This document shows positions 62,718-64,000 of a DNA stretch of 64,000 bases, piece after piece (position 1 is the first letter of the stretch; each line of letters starts with the position of its first letter). The notes under the pieces are model-generated. The model did not search any database, was not told where the DNA came from, and saw nothing but the letters and a program-made list of their open reading frames with translations. A program made the position numbers and the translations under genes. The DNA is from Amphiscolops sp. MND2022 (taxonomy: Eukaryota): contig OZ076415.1 in NCBI GenBank assembly GCA_964187785.1, positions 60,698,001 through 60,762,000 of the forward strand. The letters run 5' to 3'.

Positions 62718-64000
62718 CTACACTATAAGTTTTCGGGGACAATACTCTTCGGATGACTTGGATTGAGCCGTTTGCGCAAATAACGCACTATCAGCTGAGT
62801 CATTATCCATGATAGCGAAAGCCGGACGCCCTCCTTCTCCACTTGGCCCCACAGCAGACCCGGTATCTGCACTCGAACTCGCAACTTTTTTCGGCTTCGT
62901 TGGTACACCACCAGATCTCTGCCCTCTGTTCCTTCCCAATTGAGCAGTCCGAGTAGGTTGTTTCCGCTTAGGAGTGATTTTTGCTGGAATATCACTACTT
63001 ATTCCCACCGATGCTTGAGTCCGAGGGCCCCGTCCATCAACCGCCTTAACACTCGTTCCTTGACCAGATATCTTCTTCGTCGGACTTTTGACTGCAACAG
63101 CATTCGCCTCCAGCGTCCTTAATTGCTCGCACACAGTCGATCGATACTCGTCCACAACTGGAACATCCGGGAGCCCACTAGATGATCCAAGCGCAACAGA
63201 ACAACGATCATACAAATCATCGATTTCCACCTTCAGCAGTTGTTCCCAGGGAACACAGTGAGATTCATCTTGCAACCGTGACGTTTGCATGTCCGTTGTC
63301 TGACAGTGACGCGTAAAACCAGTCATAGAGCATCGAGACTGCCCTACGAATCCACTGGACATCCAACTCCAAACAGGATGCAAACTGGAAAACATTACTC
63401 CGTCATCGATGACTGTTACTCCCAGGTCTCTGAAATCGGTCTTATAGCATCCGTGTATCATTCCACCAAACACAACTTGAATAACTACCAGCAAAGCTTG
63501 ACATCGCGACCAGTTAGGATATGACATCCACATCGCCACAATATCATCAATCACATGCATCCCAGTTGCCCACCGTCGCTTGAAATACTCCATCACTTCA
63601 CGGTATTGCCGGAGAATGATCCCTCCGTTGTCTGACTCGCACAGATCACTGAACCTCAACACTGAGACAGTTGCTACCAGTCGGTCCACTAAGCGGTCCA
63701 TCGATCCGTTAAACAGCAAAGTTGGGTCAAATGGCATTAGACTCAAATGCCGTATCCAGCCCTGCTCAAACTCGTCCACAAACTGACCACAGATGCTCTT
63801 CAAGAACTTCTGGACATCCCGGTAGAAATAGGGACGCTGCTGACTCACGTCGAACCGGAAATATTGTCCGAACAAAGCCTGATATCGTGCTTCGTCGATC
63901 GTTCCACACTCTCTTCCGCGGTAGCTCAGCAGTCCTTGCACATCGAACTCCACAGGTAGATCGTCCGACCCATACACTAGAGTCCACAGAGCCCACAAGA
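62718..64000 (-). CDS. Antisense accessory ORF (>426 aa, 5' end probably outside window) in the Gypsy-2 3' region
   Basis: Uninterrupted reading frame with a hydrophobic/helical N-terminal part and a low-complexity basic C-terminal tail; no family recognised. Confidence 0.8.
   Translation of the reverse strand, partial: LWALWTLVYGSDDLPVEFDVQGLLSYRGRECGTIDEARYQALFGQYFRFDVSQQRPYFYRDVQKFLKSICGQFVDEFEQGWIRHLSLMPFDPTLLFNGSMDRLVDRLVATVSVLRFSDLCESDNGGIILRQYREVMEYFKRRWATGMHVIDDIVAMWMSYPNWSRCQALLVVIQVVFGGMIHGCYKTDFRDLGVTVIDDGVMFSSLHPVWSWMSSGFVGQSRCSMTGFTRHCQTTDMQTSRLQDESHCVPWEQLLKVEIDDLYDRCSVALGSSSGLPDVPVVDEYRSTVCEQLRTLEANAVAVKSPTKKISGQGTSVKAVDGRGPRTQASVGISSDIPAKITPKRKQPTRTAQLGRNRGQRSGGVPTKPKKVASSSADTGSAVGPSGEGGRPAFAIMDNDSADSALFAQTAQSKSSEEYCPRKLIV

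Larger units (their letters stand above)
55849..64000 (+). mobile_element. Ty3/Gypsy LTR retrotransposon 2 (defective), 3' end beyond window
   Basis: Putative 5' LTR, internally deleted gag fused to pol, RT YVDD, RNase H, integrase with GPY, long 3' region with antisense ORF. Confidence 0.92.

Overview
AT-rich animal (invertebrate-type) genomic DNA, mostly mobile elements; species not determinable from the sequence. Left to right: (1) an apparently uninterrupted BEL/Pao LTR-retrotransposon gag-pol ORF on the minus strand running off the left edge (5262 to <1), preceded by a separate 206-aa ORF; (2) a 22-bp minisatellite, a foldback MITE and two tRNA-like relics; (3) a spliced host KLF (KLF5-like) zinc-finger gene (~13423-15310); (4) a 5'-truncated minus-strand Ty3/Gypsy element (~17551-25035) with a Macro (TARG1/OARD1-like) domain in Pol, an F-type envelope gene, a 53-bp-period palindrome array and an intact extra ORF; (5) a 13,888-bp Maverick/Polinton-type element (25801-39688) with 148-bp TIRs starting AGTAGT and a 6-bp TSD (GTTGTG). 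It encodes a protein-primed PolB but no recognisable integrase or capsid, and carries a 114-bp x ~18.5 array, two paralogous long hairpins and intron-containing cargo relics; (6) a decayed Polinton morphogenesis/integration module outside the TIRs (ATPase, integrase, minor capsid, core protein, major capsid, adenain protease; ~42580-46975, minus); (7) LINE relics; (8) a second Ty3/Gypsy element (55849 to >64000, plus) whose 5' LTR holds an ~82-bp-period array of GACTG-N7-CAGTC palindromes with unique spacers, and which has an intact antisense ORF at its 3' end. Protein-family calls come from motifs recognised by eye; no searches were run.
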